Source of the DNA: Clostridiales bacterium
Lineage (GTDB): Bacteria; Bacillota; Clostridia; Oscillospirales; Acutalibacteraceae
DNA: 64,000 bases
Direction: 5' to 3'
Assembly: GCA_024697575.1 (NCBI GenBank)
Contig: JAILFM010000128.1
Coordinates: 7,973-71,972 of the forward strand
In this document: positions 26,522 to 36,681 of the stretch, one piece after another
Layout: every line of letters starts with the position of its first letter
Numbering within the stretch: the first letter of the stretch is position 1
Notes under the pieces: model-generated
Seen by the model: the letters and a program-made list of their open reading frames with translations, nothing else
What the model was told of the DNA's origin: nothing
Databases searched by the model: none
Translations under genes and position numbers: made by a program

Positions 26522-28041
26522 AACTTTCTGTCAAGGCTTCTGAACTGTACAGCGCGGGCAATATGCTCCGCTTCAATATTAACGCTGTTTTCAAGGTCGG
26601 CTATTGTTCTTGCGACGCGTAAAATTTTATCATAGGACCTTGCTGAAAAATCAAGCTTTTCAAACACCTGTTCAAGCAGTACCATGGCCTTGGGCGTGGG
26701 GCAGCAGAACTGCCTTGTCATTGCGGCATCCATTTTTGCGTTGCAGGTTACCGGAGTACCTTTTAGTCTTTCATTTTGAATTTTACGGGCGGCTTTTACC
26801 CGTTCTCTTATTGCGGCGCTGCTTTCGCCGGGAACTTTGCCGGACAGCTTTTCAAAATCAACCGGCGGCACTTCAATGTGAATATCAATACGATCGAGCA
26901 TGGGTCCCGAAACCTTTGAAATATATTTACGCGCGCTTCCCGGCGAACAGGTGCACTGCTTCTTCGGGTGACCGAAATATCCGCACGGACACGGGTTCAT
27001 GGCGCACACAATCATTGCAGAACATGGATAGGTGAGCGAACCTGCCGCCCTGGAAATTGTCACACTGCCGTCTTCAATCGGCTGGCGCAGAACCTCCATT
27101 GAACGGCGTGAAAACTCCGGCAGCTCATCAAGAAACAATACGCCGTTATGAGCCAAAGAGATTTCACCCGGACGCGGAACGGCTCCGCCGCCCGACAGAC
27201 CCGCCGGCGACACAGTATGATGAGGCGAGCGAAACGGTCTTTCGCGAATAAGCGACACTCCCTCAGGCAATGCGCCGGCTATCGAATATATTTCTGTTGT
27301 GGCAAGGCTTTCTTCAAATGTCATTTCCGGCAGGATTGACGGCAACCTTTTTGCAAGCATGCTTTTGCCGCTCCCCGGAGGACCGACCATAATAATGTTG
27401 TGACCGCCGGCAGCTGCAATCTCAAGGGCATACTTTGCCTCCTGCTGACCCATAACATCCTTGAAATCTGGTAACGGAGCGTGACAGCGCATTTCTTCGT
27501 TTTCATTGAACTCAACCGGACGCAGTTTTTCAACACCCTTGAGGTGATCAATTAACTGCCTGATATTTTCAACGCCGTATACATTGATTCCGTCAACAAC
27601 GCTGCTTTCATTCGCATTGGCTGCCGGCACAAAAACATTTTTTATGCCGCTGTTTCTTGCTCTTATAACCATGGGCAAAACGCCGTTAATATGTCTTACA
27701 AGCCCGTCAAGCGAAAGCTCACCGACAAATGCGCTGTCATTCGTGTCACAGTTTATCTGGTTCCCCGCTTTCAAAAGCGCAACAAGTATGGGCAGGTCAT
27801 AAACAGGGCCCTCTTTTCGCACATCGGCAGGAGAAAGATTAATCGTTATGGCAGATGACGGCATATAAAGGCCGGAATTTCTTATGGCGGAGCGGACACG
27901 GTTTTTTGATTCCGAGACAGCAGTATCCGGTAAGCCCACTATTTCAACTTTCGGCAAACCGCCCTGACCGAAGTCAACCTCAACACCGACCATATAGCTG
28001 TCAATACCGTAAAGACCCATACTGTTGATTCTCGCAAACAT
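26509..28041 (-). CDS. comM: YifB/ComM-family Mg-chelatase-like AAA+ ATPase
   Basis: IVGLPDTAVSESKNRVRSA, NLSPADVRKEG, GPPGSGKS, HNGVLFLDE and AMNPCPCG. Confidence 0.9.
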   Translation of the reverse strand: MFARINSMGLYGIDSYMVGVEVDFGQGGLPKVEIVGLPDTAVSESKNRVRSAIRNSGLYMPSSAITINLSPADVRKEGPVYDLPILVALLKAGNQINCDTNDSAFVGELSLDGLVRHINGVLPMVIRARNSGIKNVFVPAANANESSVVDGINVYGVENIRQLIDHLKGVEKLRPVEFNENEEMRCHAPLPDFKDVMGQQEAKYALEIAAAGGHNIIMVGPPGSGKSMLAKRLPSILPEMTFEESLATTEIYSIAGALPEGVSLIRERPFRSPHHTVSPAGLSGGGAVPRPGEISLAHNGVLFLDELPEFSRRSMEVLRQPIEDGSVTISRAAGSLTYPCSAMIVCAMNPCPCGYFGHPKKQCTCSPGSARKYISKVSGPMLDRIDIHIEVPPVDFEKLSGKVPGESSAAIRERVKAARKIQNERLKGTPVTCNAKMDAAMTRQFCCPTPKAMVLLEQVFEKLDFSARSYDKILRVARTIADLENSVNIEAEHIARAVQFRSLDRKFWNR

Positions 28042-28136
28042 AATAAGCTCCTCTCCGAGGCCGTTTACTGCCTGTACGCTCCATATATTAGCATATAATA
28101 ATTGTTTTGAAAACCCTTTACTTTTTAAACCTAATG

Positions 28137-28249
28137 TGTTATAATGCAGGAGCTTTCGCCCGCTTCCCGGTCCCCGGAGTAAGCCGCCATAGCGGAATTC
28201 ACCTGCCGGTCACTGAGAAACGAGGCAAATAAATTAATGAGGTGAAAAA
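28137..28249 (+). promoter_or_regulatory. rpsO promoter and structured 5' leader
   Basis: Extended -10 TGTTATAAT (28137-28145), then about 100 nt with hairpins GCTT-CCGG/CCGG-AAGC and CCGC/GCGG before the GAGGTG SD. Confidence 0.5.
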
Positions 28250-28513
28250 ATGACACAGGCTGAAAAACAGGCAATCATGGCTGAATACGCAACCCACGAG
28301 GGTGACACCGGTTCACCCGAAGTTCAGGTAGCTGTTCTCACAAAAAGAATTAACGACCTTAACGAGCACCTTTCAGTGCACAAAAAGGACCATCACTCAA
28401 GAAGAGGTCTTCTTATGATGGTCGGTCGCAGAAGAAACCTTCTCGCATACCTTCAGAAGAACGACATTGAGCGTTACCGCGCTCTTATCGCAAAACTCGG
28501 TTTGCGTAAATAA
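28250..28513 (+). CDS. rpsO: 30S ribosomal protein S15
   Basis: [40 protein letters not shown]. Confidence 0.98.
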   Translation: MTQAEKQAIMAEYATHEGDTGSPEVQVAVLTKRINDLNEHLSVHKKDHHSRRGLLMMVGRRRNLLAYLQKNDIERYRALIAKLGLRK

Positions 28514-28526
28514 TTCGGATTGTGTC

Positions 28527-28569
28527 GCAGGCGGAGTTTTGCGCTCCGCCTGCACTGTTTTTGTTTTTT
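28527..28569 (+). terminator. Intrinsic terminator after rpsO
   Basis: GCAGGCGGAG/CTCCGCCTGC stem, then a T-rich tract. Confidence 0.8.
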
Positions 28570-28693
28570 ACAGTCTTAAAGGGGTTTAGCAGTTGATTGA
28601 GAATATACGGTGAGGATTGCTGCTTTGTATTCTGAATCCATTGCTAAAACCGGAGACTGTGGAATATATTTTTACAGAAAAGAGGTAAATGCA

Positions 28694-30874
28694 ATGTTTT
28701 TTGAATCCTTCAAAAAGTATGAAACCGAAATTGCCGGCAGACCGTTTGTTGTTGAAGTCGGCAAAATGGCACAGCTTGCCGGCGGAGCATGCCTTGTTCG
28801 TTACGGCGGCACAAACGTGCTTTGCACCGCAACCATGGCGCCGAAGCCCCGCGAAGGCGTTGACTTTTTCCCGCTGTCTGTTGACTATGAAGAAAAGCTT
28901 TATTCAGTCGGTAAAATTCCCGGCTCATTCCAGCGCCGTGAAGGCAAAGCGAGCGAAAAGGCTACTCTCGCTTCGCGCGTAATCGACAGACCAATCCGTC
29001 CCCTTTTTCCCAAGGATATGCGCAACGATGTAGGCGTTGTCGCGACGGTTATGTCCGTTGACCCGGACTGTGAACCGGGCATCACCGCTATGCTCGGCGT
29101 TTCGGTCGCCATTTCAATCTCAGAAATTCCCTGGGACGGTCCCATCGCCGGCGTAGTTGTCGGCCTTGTTGACGGCAAATATGTCATAAACCCGACTCTT
29201 GAGGAAAGAGCAAAAACCGATATGTATGTTACCGTCGCTTCAACAAGCGATCTTGTCGCTATGATTGAAGCCGGCGCAAACGAAGTGAGCAACGAAGATA
29301 TGTTTGACGGCATTATGTTCGCTCACAAGGAAAATCAGCGCCTGGTTGAATTCATAAACGGCATTAAAGCTGAAATCGGCAAGGAGAAGGTTGACTTCCC
29401 GTCAAACGACCCCGACCCCGAAATGTATGAGGCTATCAAGGATTTTGCCATTGATGATATCCGCATTGCTCTTGATACTGATGACAAGAGAATACGCGAC
29501 GAGAGATTAAAACCCGTTTATGAAAAAGTTCATGAGAAATTCGATGAAATCTACCCCGAAATGGAAGTTAAGATTGACGAATGTCTCTATAAAGTGCAGA
29601 AATACGTTGTCCGCCGCTGGCTGCTTGACGACGGCAAGCGTGTTGACGGCAGAGGTATTGATGAAATCAGACCTCTTAACGCAGAAATTGACCTGCTTGA
29701 CAGAGTCCACGGCTCAGGTATGTTCACCAGAGGTCAGACCCAGGTACTGTCCGTTACAACCCTCGGCCCGATGAGCGACAATCAGTTGCTTGACGGTCTT
29801 GACGAGGAAGACAGCAAGCGTTACATCCATCACTACAATTTCCCGTCCTATTCGGTCGGCGAAACCAAACCTTCAAGAGGTCCCGGTCGCCGCGAAATCG
29901 GTCACGGCGCTCTTGCGGAGCGTTCACTGATACCTGTTTTACCATCGGTTGAGGAGTTCCCGTATACAATCCGCGTTGTGTCTGAGGTTCTTTCGTCAAA
30001 TGGCTCAACTTCACAGGGCTCCGTATGCGGCAGCACCCTTTCGCTCATGGCAGCGGGCGTTCCCATCAAAGCTCCCGTCGCCGGCATTTCATGCGGTCTT
30101 ATAACCGAAGGCGAGCGCTTCATGACAATGGTTGACATTCAGGGTCTTGAGGATTTCTTCGGCGATATGGATTTCAAGGTTGCCGGCACAAAGAAGGGCA
30201 TCACATCCATTCAGATGGACCTCAAGGTTCACGGCCTGACACCCGCTATCATCAAAGAAGCGCTTGAAAAGACCTACAAAGCCCGTTGCTACATTATAGA
30301 TGAGATTATGACTCCTGTTATTGCCGAGCCGCGCAAGGAGCTTTCAAAGTGGGCGCCCAAGATGCTCACAACAAAAATCGATCCCGATAAGATCGGCGAT
30401 GTCATCGGCAAACAGGGCAAAGTCATTCAGAAAATCTGCGCCGAATGCAACTGCAAAATCGATGTTGAAGAAGACGGCAGTATCTACATTTCTTCAACCG
30501 ATATTGATGACGCAAGGCGCGCGCTTGAAATTGTTGAAACCATCGCAAACGATCCCGAAGAGGGCGCTATCTATAACGGAGTTGTTACAAGGCTCATGTC
30601 ATTCGGCGCTTTTGTTGAAATCGCACCCGGTAAAGAGGGTATGGTTCACATAAGCCAGCTTGATGTCAAGAGGGTTGACAAGGTCGAAGATGTTGTAAAC
30701 GTCGGCGACACCGTTATGGTAAAGGTTTTGCCAAAGGACGAACAGGGCAGGCTTAACTTCAGCCGCCGCGACGCTCTTATTGAAGTTAAAGGCCTCGTTC
30801 CCGAAAACGACCCGGCGCCGAGAGCTCCGTCAAGGGGCGCCCACGGCAACAGAGGCGGCAGACCCAGAAGATAA
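28694..30874 (+). CDS. pnp: Polyribonucleotide nucleotidyltransferase
   Basis: FFPLSVDYEEK, HGSGMFTRGQTQ, RREIGHGAL, SNGSTS, GDMDFKVAG, KH and S1 domains. ATG at 28694 follows AGAGGT. Confidence 0.97.
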   Translation: MFFESFKKYETEIAGRPFVVEVGKMAQLAGGACLVRYGGTNVLCTATMAPKPREGVDFFPLSVDYEEKLYSVGKIPGSFQRREGKASEKATLASRVIDRPIRPLFPKDMRNDVGVVATVMSVDPDCEPGITAMLGVSVAISISEIPWDGPIAGVVVGLVDGKYVINPTLEERAKTDMYVTVASTSDLVAMIEAGANEVSNEDMFDGIMFAHKENQRLVEFINGIKAEIGKEKVDFPSNDPDPEMYEAIKDFAIDDIRIALDTDDKRIRDERLKPVYEKVHEKFDEIYPEMEVKIDECLYKVQKYVVRRWLLDDGKRVDGRGIDEIRPLNAEIDLLDRVHGSGMFTRGQTQVLSVTTLGPMSDNQLLDGLDEEDSKRYIHHYNFPSYSVGETKPSRGPGRREIGHGALAERSLIPVLPSVEEFPYTIRVVSEVLSSNGSTSQGSVCGSTLSLMAAGVPIKAPVAGISCGLITEGERFMTMVDIQGLEDFFGDMDFKVAGTKKGITSIQMDLKVHGLTPAIIKEALEKTYKARCYIIDEIMTPVIAEPRKELSKWAPKMLTTKIDPDKIGDVIGKQGKVIQKICAECNCKIDVEEDGSIYISSTDIDDARRALEIVETIANDPEEGAIYNGVVTRLMSFGAFVEIAPGKEGMVHISQLDVKRVDKVEDVVNVGDTVMVKVLPKDEQGRLNFSRRDALIEVKGLVPENDPAPRAPSRGAHGNRGGRPRR

Positions 30875-30907
30875 GCGCGTTAATTTTTCCGTACACTGTT
30901 CACTAAA

Positions 30908-30939
30908 AAACGCCCGTACCTGATTTTGTACGGGCGTTT
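30908..30939 (+). terminator. Terminator after pnp
   Basis: AAACGCCCGTAC/GTACGGGCGTTT 12-bp stem. Confidence 0.75.
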
Positions 30940-30969
30940 AAAAATATTTACGAACTGATTTTATTAACT

Positions 30970-31659
30970 ATGGACATAAAGAAAAAAATAAAAAGCTTTT
31001 CGATTCTTTTAGTTTTAGGAGTAATAATTATGCTTTCGCTTTTTGGATGCGGCAGGAACAAGCATAAGCTGAATTTTGACGGTTTCGGCTTTGAAAGCGC
31101 CAAAACATTATATGCCGCCGGGGAAAAGGTAACCGTGTACTACCCTATGGTCGCAACAGACACCGACTATCATTTCACTTTGAGTGATGACAGCATTACT
31201 CTGAGTGAGGATTATGACAGTAAACACGGTTTCGTTCTCACCTTTGTGATGCCGGACAGTGACATTTCGCTTAAAGTAACCTCCCGTAACAGCATGACTC
31301 AATCATCACAAATTACTTTCATCAACGAAGTGGAAAAAGCCGACATTTGGATTTTGCCCCAAACACAGGAAAACATGAAAAGCTCTTTATGGGGCAGCGC
31401 AACAATAAAAAATCTGCTGGCCGGGGAACAGCGTGAAATTCAAACAGGCAACACGGCAGAGGAAGAAAATTTCATTATCAGAATAATTGACGATCAACAC
31501 GCCTACTACAGTGCGAACGGTGTTACGCTGAACGACGGCTGTGTAATACGCTTTATGACCGATGATTCCAGATTTGACGCTGTTATCGAAATAACCGATT
31601 CACAAGGGAATATTCTTTACAGCCGTAAGGCCTTCACGGGAGTATTCGGCGCCGAATAA
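30970..31659 (+). CDS. Lipoprotein of unknown function
   Basis: Signal peptide with lipobox LFGC; beta-rich mature region. Confidence 0.7.
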   Translation: MDIKKKIKSFSILLVLGVIIMLSLFGCGRNKHKLNFDGFGFESAKTLYAAGEKVTVYYPMVATDTDYHFTLSDDSITLSEDYDSKHGFVLTFVMPDSDISLKVTSRNSMTQSSQITFINEVEKADIWILPQTQENMKSSLWGSATIKNLLAGEQREIQTGNTAEEENFIIRIIDDQHAYYSANGVTLNDGCVIRFMTDDSRFDAVIEITDSQGNILYSRKAFTGVFGAE

Positions 31660-31662
31660 CCT

Positions 31663-32475
31663 TTACCGCCGTTTTTCAAGATAAAGCCGGATATATTCGT
31701 TCATAAGTTCATTTGCCTTTTCGGCGGCTTCAGGGTCCATGCCAAGGGCGTGTCCGGAGTTTTCGTAGATTATTAAGTCGCACGTCACTTCCATGCCTTT
31801 AAGCCTGTTGACAAATGAAACCACCTGATTATAAGGCACAATTTCATCTTTTTTCCCCTGGCAAACAGCAATCGGGACTGAGGAATTACTAATATATTTC
31901 AGCGGAGAAATGTTTTTAAGAGCTCCCTGCGACTCGGGGGACATAAAATTCCGCTTTGTTATCTTCATTGAACAGCAGTCTGAAAGTACTTCATATTTCC
32001 AGTTTTCAAACTCACCGTTAATTCCGATTAAAAAATCCGGAGCGGCGCAGTCAACCGGCGGACAACTGCAAAACAAAGCGACGATTTCAAGCGGAGATTT
32101 ATTCGTCATTGTGTAAGCATACAACATTGAAAGATGCGCTCCGGCGCTGCCGCCGGTAAGCATAACCTTTGTGAGATTGCAGCCGTACTGCGCGCAAACT
32201 TCCTTAATTCTTTGAAGAGCCGCCGTTATGTCGCTGAGTTCATCCGAAATATTGATACTTTCAGACACAAAACGGTAGTTCATCGCCGCGCTTATATATC
32301 CCAGAGAGCAAAGGCGCTGCGCGTCGGCAGAGTGAATTGATTTGTCGCCCGTCTTCCACCCGCCGCCGTGGATTATCAGAACAACTCCCTCGCGGGTTTT
32401 CGGATTGTCGGGGATATAGATATCCACTATATTCCTTTCATGGGTGCCGTATGAAACATCATTGAGAACAGTCAT
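31663..32475 (-). CDS. Carboxylesterase/lipase (HSL-like alpha/beta hydrolase)
   Basis: HGGGW oxyanion motif, GGSAGAHL nucleophile, QGKKDEIVP Asp and SGHAL His; no signal peptide. Confidence 0.88.
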   Translation of the reverse strand: MTVLNDVSYGTHERNIVDIYIPDNPKTREGVVLIIHGGGWKTGDKSIHSADAQRLCSLGYISAAMNYRFVSESINISDELSDITAALQRIKEVCAQYGCNLTKVMLTGGSAGAHLSMLYAYTMTNKSPLEIVALFCSCPPVDCAAPDFLIGINGEFENWKYEVLSDCCSMKITKRNFMSPESQGALKNISPLKYISNSSVPIAVCQGKKDEIVPYNQVVSFVNRLKGMEVTCDLIIYENSGHALGMDPEAAEKANELMNEYIRLYLEKRR

Positions 32476-32742
32476 TTTTTCTCCTGTAAATTAAAGCTCA
32501 ATAAACCAACTATACAACGCGTAAAGATAAAATGCATTCATTTGCGCCGGTCCTTTTAAAGCCAAAAATGCGAGAGACATCCGTCCCCCACATGAGGATA
32601 TAAAACTTACAATGAGTTATGCTTCATTCGTTTTGATCCTTTCTTGTTTTTTCTTTAATCTACCATATTTTAACAACCATTACAAGCATTTTTTATATGG
32701 CGTTGATACGCACAGAATAAAAAACAGTGCAGGAGGAAAAGC

Positions 32743-34671
32743 ATGTATAATGTATCGGTACCGATTACGCTGAAAACATGCGAAAGGTACGGGGTTGAAA
32801 AATACATTGAAAAACTGCGTGAAGTCGGCGCGGTTCGTGTTCTGATTTCAATAGGCTGTTACGAAACCGACAGCGACAAGCGTCAAGCCCAGATGTCCGC
32901 GCTGAAAAAATTCATCCCGGTTTTTAAGAAAGCCGGGTTTGAAACAGGCGTATGGCTGTGGGCTTTTATGGTGCAGAGGGTCAGCCGTTATATCCATATG
33001 TCATCGCCAAGCGGCGGTGAAAGTAAAAACCAGGTCTGCCCGTCCGACGCGTCATTCCGGCAATTTGCCGCAGAATATGCCGCACAATTAGCCGCTTGTG
33101 CTCCGGATATGATTTTGTATGACGACGACTACCGTTACGGCTTTCAGGATTTCGGCCTTGGCTGTGCCTGCCCTAATCACAGGCGGCTTTGGTCTGAACT
33201 GACAGGTGATGAAACCCTGCCGGATGATATCGGCAAAAAAATATTCGGCGGCAAAAGCAATAAATACCGTTCGGCATTTCTAAAAGCAAACGGTCATTTT
33301 CTGAAACTGTTCGCAAGTGAAATGCGCGAAGCTGTTGACCGCGTTAATCCGGACATACGCATAGGGCTTTGCGCCTGCATGGACGTGTGGGATTTCTGCG
33401 GCGTTTCGGCGGACGAAATCAGCGTACTGCTCGCAGGCAGAACAAAACCGTTCCTGCGCCTGATCGGCGCGCCGTATTGGAGCCAGAATAGATTTTTCGG
33501 CTGCCGTTTGCAGGATGTAATTGAGCTTGAGCGTATGGAAAGCGCCTGGTGCCGTGAAGGGTTGGAGATTGTCTCTGAAGGTGACTGCTACCCGAGGCCG
33601 CGTTTTGCCTGCTCGGCAAGCAGGCTGGAATGCTTTGACATTGCCTTGAGAGCTTCGGGCTGTACGCACGGCATTCTTAAATATATGTTTGACTATTCGT
33701 CAAGCCCCGACTATGAACCGGGTTATACGGACAGACACATTAAAAACCGCTCACTTTATGAAAAGGTGCATGCAGCGTTTGCGGATAAGACAGCAACCGG
33801 CATACGCGTATTTGAGTTCAAAAACAAATTTGAAACAATGACGGTGACAGGCAGCTTTGACGGAAAAGATGATATAGAAAACACCTTTTTTTCAGCCGCT
33901 TCAAAGCTCATGACAGCCTGCTCGGTACCTACAGTATATGTGGGTAAGGGTGTCGCAGGTGTTGCATTCGGTGAGAACGCTCGGTATCTTTCGGATGAAG
34001 AAACCGGCAGCGGATTGATTCTTGATGTTCGCGCAGCCGAAATCCTTCTCTCTCTCGGAGTGGACACCGGACTTGTCGAAATAGGGGCTTGCTCACCGGC
34101 TGAAGAAGAATACTTTGTTCAAAGCGGGGAATATGTCAACATGAACAGTTCGGAGTTCTTTGACATAAAAGTTAAAGACAACGCTGTGATTGAAAGCTAT
34201 GCCGTTAGAAAAAATGAAAAAACCGTTGCCTCATACCGGTATGAAAATAAGAACGGTCAGCGTTTTTTGGTATTTGCCTTTGACGGATACTATGCGGGTG
34301 AGCATGCGTTCAAACAGTACGCAAGAGCGAGTCAGATTGAACAGACAATAAGGTATTTCGGCAAAGCGCTGCCCGCGTTTCTTTTCGGTTATCCCGACAC
34401 ATATATCATGTGCAGTGAAGACAAAGATGAGCGCTCGGTACTGATAGGCAACTTCTTTGACGACGCAATAGAAAACGCCGCCGTTAAGGTCGGCGGCGGA
34501 TTTACAGACGCAAAATTCATAAACTGTGAAGGAAGGCTTTTGGGTGACAACGTCGTGATAGAGCATATTGCGCCGTTTACCTGCGCAATTTTCACTGTAA
34601 AACTTAAGCAAAGCAAAGACTCAGAGCTATCAGATACTGCGCAATGTAATAGGTCACGTGGTTCGTTATAA
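32743..34671 (+). CDS. Uncharacterised cytoplasmic protein, possibly glycoside-hydrolase-like (TIM barrel)
   Basis: 642-aa ORF with a strong GGAGG SD; motifs CPSD, LYDDDYR, CACPNH and EGDCYPR. The fold is inferred, not confirmed. Confidence 0.55.
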   Translation: MYNVSVPITLKTCERYGVEKYIEKLREVGAVRVLISIGCYETDSDKRQAQMSALKKFIPVFKKAGFETGVWLWAFMVQRVSRYIHMSSPSGGESKNQVCPSDASFRQFAAEYAAQLAACAPDMILYDDDYRYGFQDFGLGCACPNHRRLWSELTGDETLPDDIGKKIFGGKSNKYRSAFLKANGHFLKLFASEMREAVDRVNPDIRIGLCACMDVWDFCGVSADEISVLLAGRTKPFLRLIGAPYWSQNRFFGCRLQDVIELERMESAWCREGLEIVSEGDCYPRPRFACSASRLECFDIALRASGCTHGILKYMFDYSSSPDYEPGYTDRHIKNRSLYEKVHAAFADKTATGIRVFEFKNKFETMTVTGSFDGKDDIENTFFSAASKLMTACSVPTVYVGKGVAGVAFGENARYLSDEETGSGLILDVRAAEILLSLGVDTGLVEIGACSPAEEEYFVQSGEYVNMNSSEFFDIKVKDNAVIESYAVRKNEKTVASYRYENKNGQRFLVFAFDGYYAGEHAFKQYARASQIEQTIRYFGKALPAFLFGYPDTYIMCSEDKDERSVLIGNFFDDAIENAAVKVGGGFTDAKFINCEGRLLGDNVVIEHIAPFTCAIFTVKLKQSKDSELSDTAQCNRSRGSL

Positions 34672-35302
34672 TGTCAACGGGGCGTGATTTGCCTTCACCG
34701 AAATATGTGCCGCTGAGTATCAAGTCTGAAACGGCAAAGAAAACACTCGCTGTAAATATCATAACACAAACGGTGTTTTTAAACCCGCCGAGCAAAGCCA
34801 TTGAAAATGACAGGGCAACAAACGAAAAAAGAATAATGCTGTAAAAAACCGTAATTCCCTTGTACTCACCGTACCTGAGTTTCATTAATTTCTCACTTAA
34901 AACATTCAGTACGGCAACCAGAATCGCGGCGGCGACCGGAACAACGACATACAGAGTTTTGCCTTGAACATAAAAGTTTTTTATTAAGAACGCTATATAA
35001 AAAACATGGCCGACGGCAAAAACAATAAACCCCGCAAATGTATATACCTTTGCGCTTTCGGGATGGGCAAACTTCTGGTCAAGAAAAATATCGCCTAACA
35101 TACCGAACATAAGCCCTAAGCAAACCGCAAGCGCGGTTTTGTCTGCACATTTATAAACTGCACTGAACACTGTGAGCATAAACCCGATGGACACGGACGC
35201 TTTGATAACCGTCACCTGAGCGCACGGTCCTTTGCTGACTCTGAATTTTAAAAATACACAGAGCAACGCAAAACCCAAACCCGTAAAAACATATGGTAGC
35301 AT
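34604..35302 (-). CDS. YhhN/lysoplasmalogenase-family membrane protein
   Basis: GLMFGMLGDIFL, FAVGHVFY, FAVSDLIL and TYYIAQYLIA motifs; 7-8 TM segments. Confidence 0.8.
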   Translation of the reverse strand: MLPYVFTGLGFALLCVFLKFRVSKGPCAQVTVIKASVSIGFMLTVFSAVYKCADKTALAVCLGLMFGMLGDIFLDQKFAHPESAKVYTFAGFIVFAVGHVFYIAFLIKNFYVQGKTLYVVVPVAAAILVAVLNVLSEKLMKLRYGEYKGITVFYSIILFSFVALSFSMALLGGFKNTVCVMIFTASVFFAVSDLILSGTYFGEGKSRPVDIITNHVTYYIAQYLIALSLCFA

Positions 35303-35342
35303 CGTTTTTTCCTCCGAATAACAACATATAAATATATTCTCA

Positions 35343-35378
35343 AAGGAAGCACTTCGATTTAATCAGCGTTTTCCTAAG
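35343..35378. mobile_element. Collapsed remnant of the 25332-25495 element
   Basis: GATTTAATCAGCGTTTTCCTAAG (35356-35378) matches 25476-25498 at 22/23 positions; preceded by a degenerate left end AAGGAAGCACT. Confidence 0.6.
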
Positions 35379-35413
35379 CCGTTTTCAAATAATTCCGACC
35401 AAATACTTATCAC

Positions 35414-36664
35414 TTATTCATACAGCGGATGCGCACCGCAGATTTTTCCGACCTCATCACGGATTTTTTCTTCGCTGTTTTCAAAATCGGTAACACAAAG
35501 GGCGATAAAACGGGCAATTTTATCCATATCCGCCTCTTTAAGTCCCCTTGTGGTGACAGCCGCCGTACCGAGTCTTATTCCGCTTGTCACAAACGGCTTT
35601 TCCGGGTCATTGGGAACCGCATTTTTATTGACGGTGATATAAACGCTGTCAAGGCGCTTTTCAAGTTCTTTGCCGGTTACGCCCGTGCCCCTGAGGTCAA
35701 CGAGGATGAGATGATTATCCGTTCCGCCGGAAACCATATTAATCCCGTTTTCTCTTAACCCTTCGGCAAGAGCGGCGCAGTTGGCGACTATTTGTTTCTG
35801 ATAAGTTTTAAACTCATCTTTAAGCGCCTCTCCAAAGCAAACAGCCTTTGCAGCAATTATATGCATGAGCGGTCCGCCTTGATTGCCCGGGAAGATGGCC
35901 TTATCAACGGCGGCGCCCAGCTCTTTTTTAGAAAGGATAAGACCGCCTCTGGGTCCCCTCAAAGTCTTATGAGTAGTTGAAGTTACAATATCGGCATAAG
36001 GAACAGGCGAAGGATGAACGCCCGCAGCTACAAGCCCGGCGATATGCGCCATATCAACCATAAAGTATGCGCCGACCGACTTTGCAATCTCACTTATTCT
36101 TTTAAAATCAATTATTCTCGGGTAAGCCGAAGCTCCCGCAACAATCAGCTTCGGGTGTTCGGTATTCGCCAATTCTTCAATTTTGTTGTAGTCAATATAT
36201 CCGTTTTCATCAAGACCGTAGGATATGAAGTTGTAAAGTTTTCCGCTGGCGTTGACCGGTGAACCGTGGGTCAGGTGACCGCCGTTTGCAAGCGACATAC
36301 CGAGCACCGTGTCACCCGGTTTCAAAACCGAGGCATATGCCGCCATATTCGCCTGAGCGCCTGAGTGCGGCTGAACATTGGCGCAGTCTGCGCCGAAAAG
36401 CTTTTTGGCTCGCTCAATAGCGATAATTTCAATCTTGTCAACCTCTTCACAGCCGCCGTAATATCTTTTGCCGGGGTAACCCTCGGCATACTTATTTGTC
36501 AAAACGGAACCCATTGCCGCCATAACAGCCGGCGAAACAATGTTTTCGCTGGCAATAAGCTCAAGGTTTCTTCTCTGCCGCTCAAGTTCGCTTTTCATCG
36601 CCGAGCCGACTTCGGCGTCAACGCCGGCGACATAACCTATTGTGTCAATATAATCTGAAAACAA
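35414..36664 (-). CDS. glyA: Serine hydroxymethyltransferase
   Basis: [34 protein letters not shown] and [12 protein letters not shown]. Confidence 0.97.
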   Translation of the reverse strand: MFSDYIDTIGYVAGVDAEVGSAMKSELERQRRNLELIASENIVSPAVMAAMGSVLTNKYAEGYPGKRYYGGCEEVDKIEIIAIERAKKLFGADCANVQPHSGAQANMAAYASVLKPGDTVLGMSLANGGHLTHGSPVNASGKLYNFISYGLDENGYIDYNKIEELANTEHPKLIVAGASAYPRIIDFKRISEIAKSVGAYFMVDMAHIAGLVAAGVHPSPVPYADIVTSTTHKTLRGPRGGLILSKKELGAAVDKAIFPGNQGGPLMHIIAAKAVCFGEALKDEFKTYQKQIVANCAALAEGLRENGINMVSGGTDNHLILVDLRGTGVTGKELEKRLDSVYITVNKNAVPNDPEKPFVTSGIRLGTAAVTTRGLKEADMDKIARFIALCVTDFENSEEKIRDEVGKICGAHPLYE

Positions 36665-36681
36665 CTCAAAATCCTCCGTCG

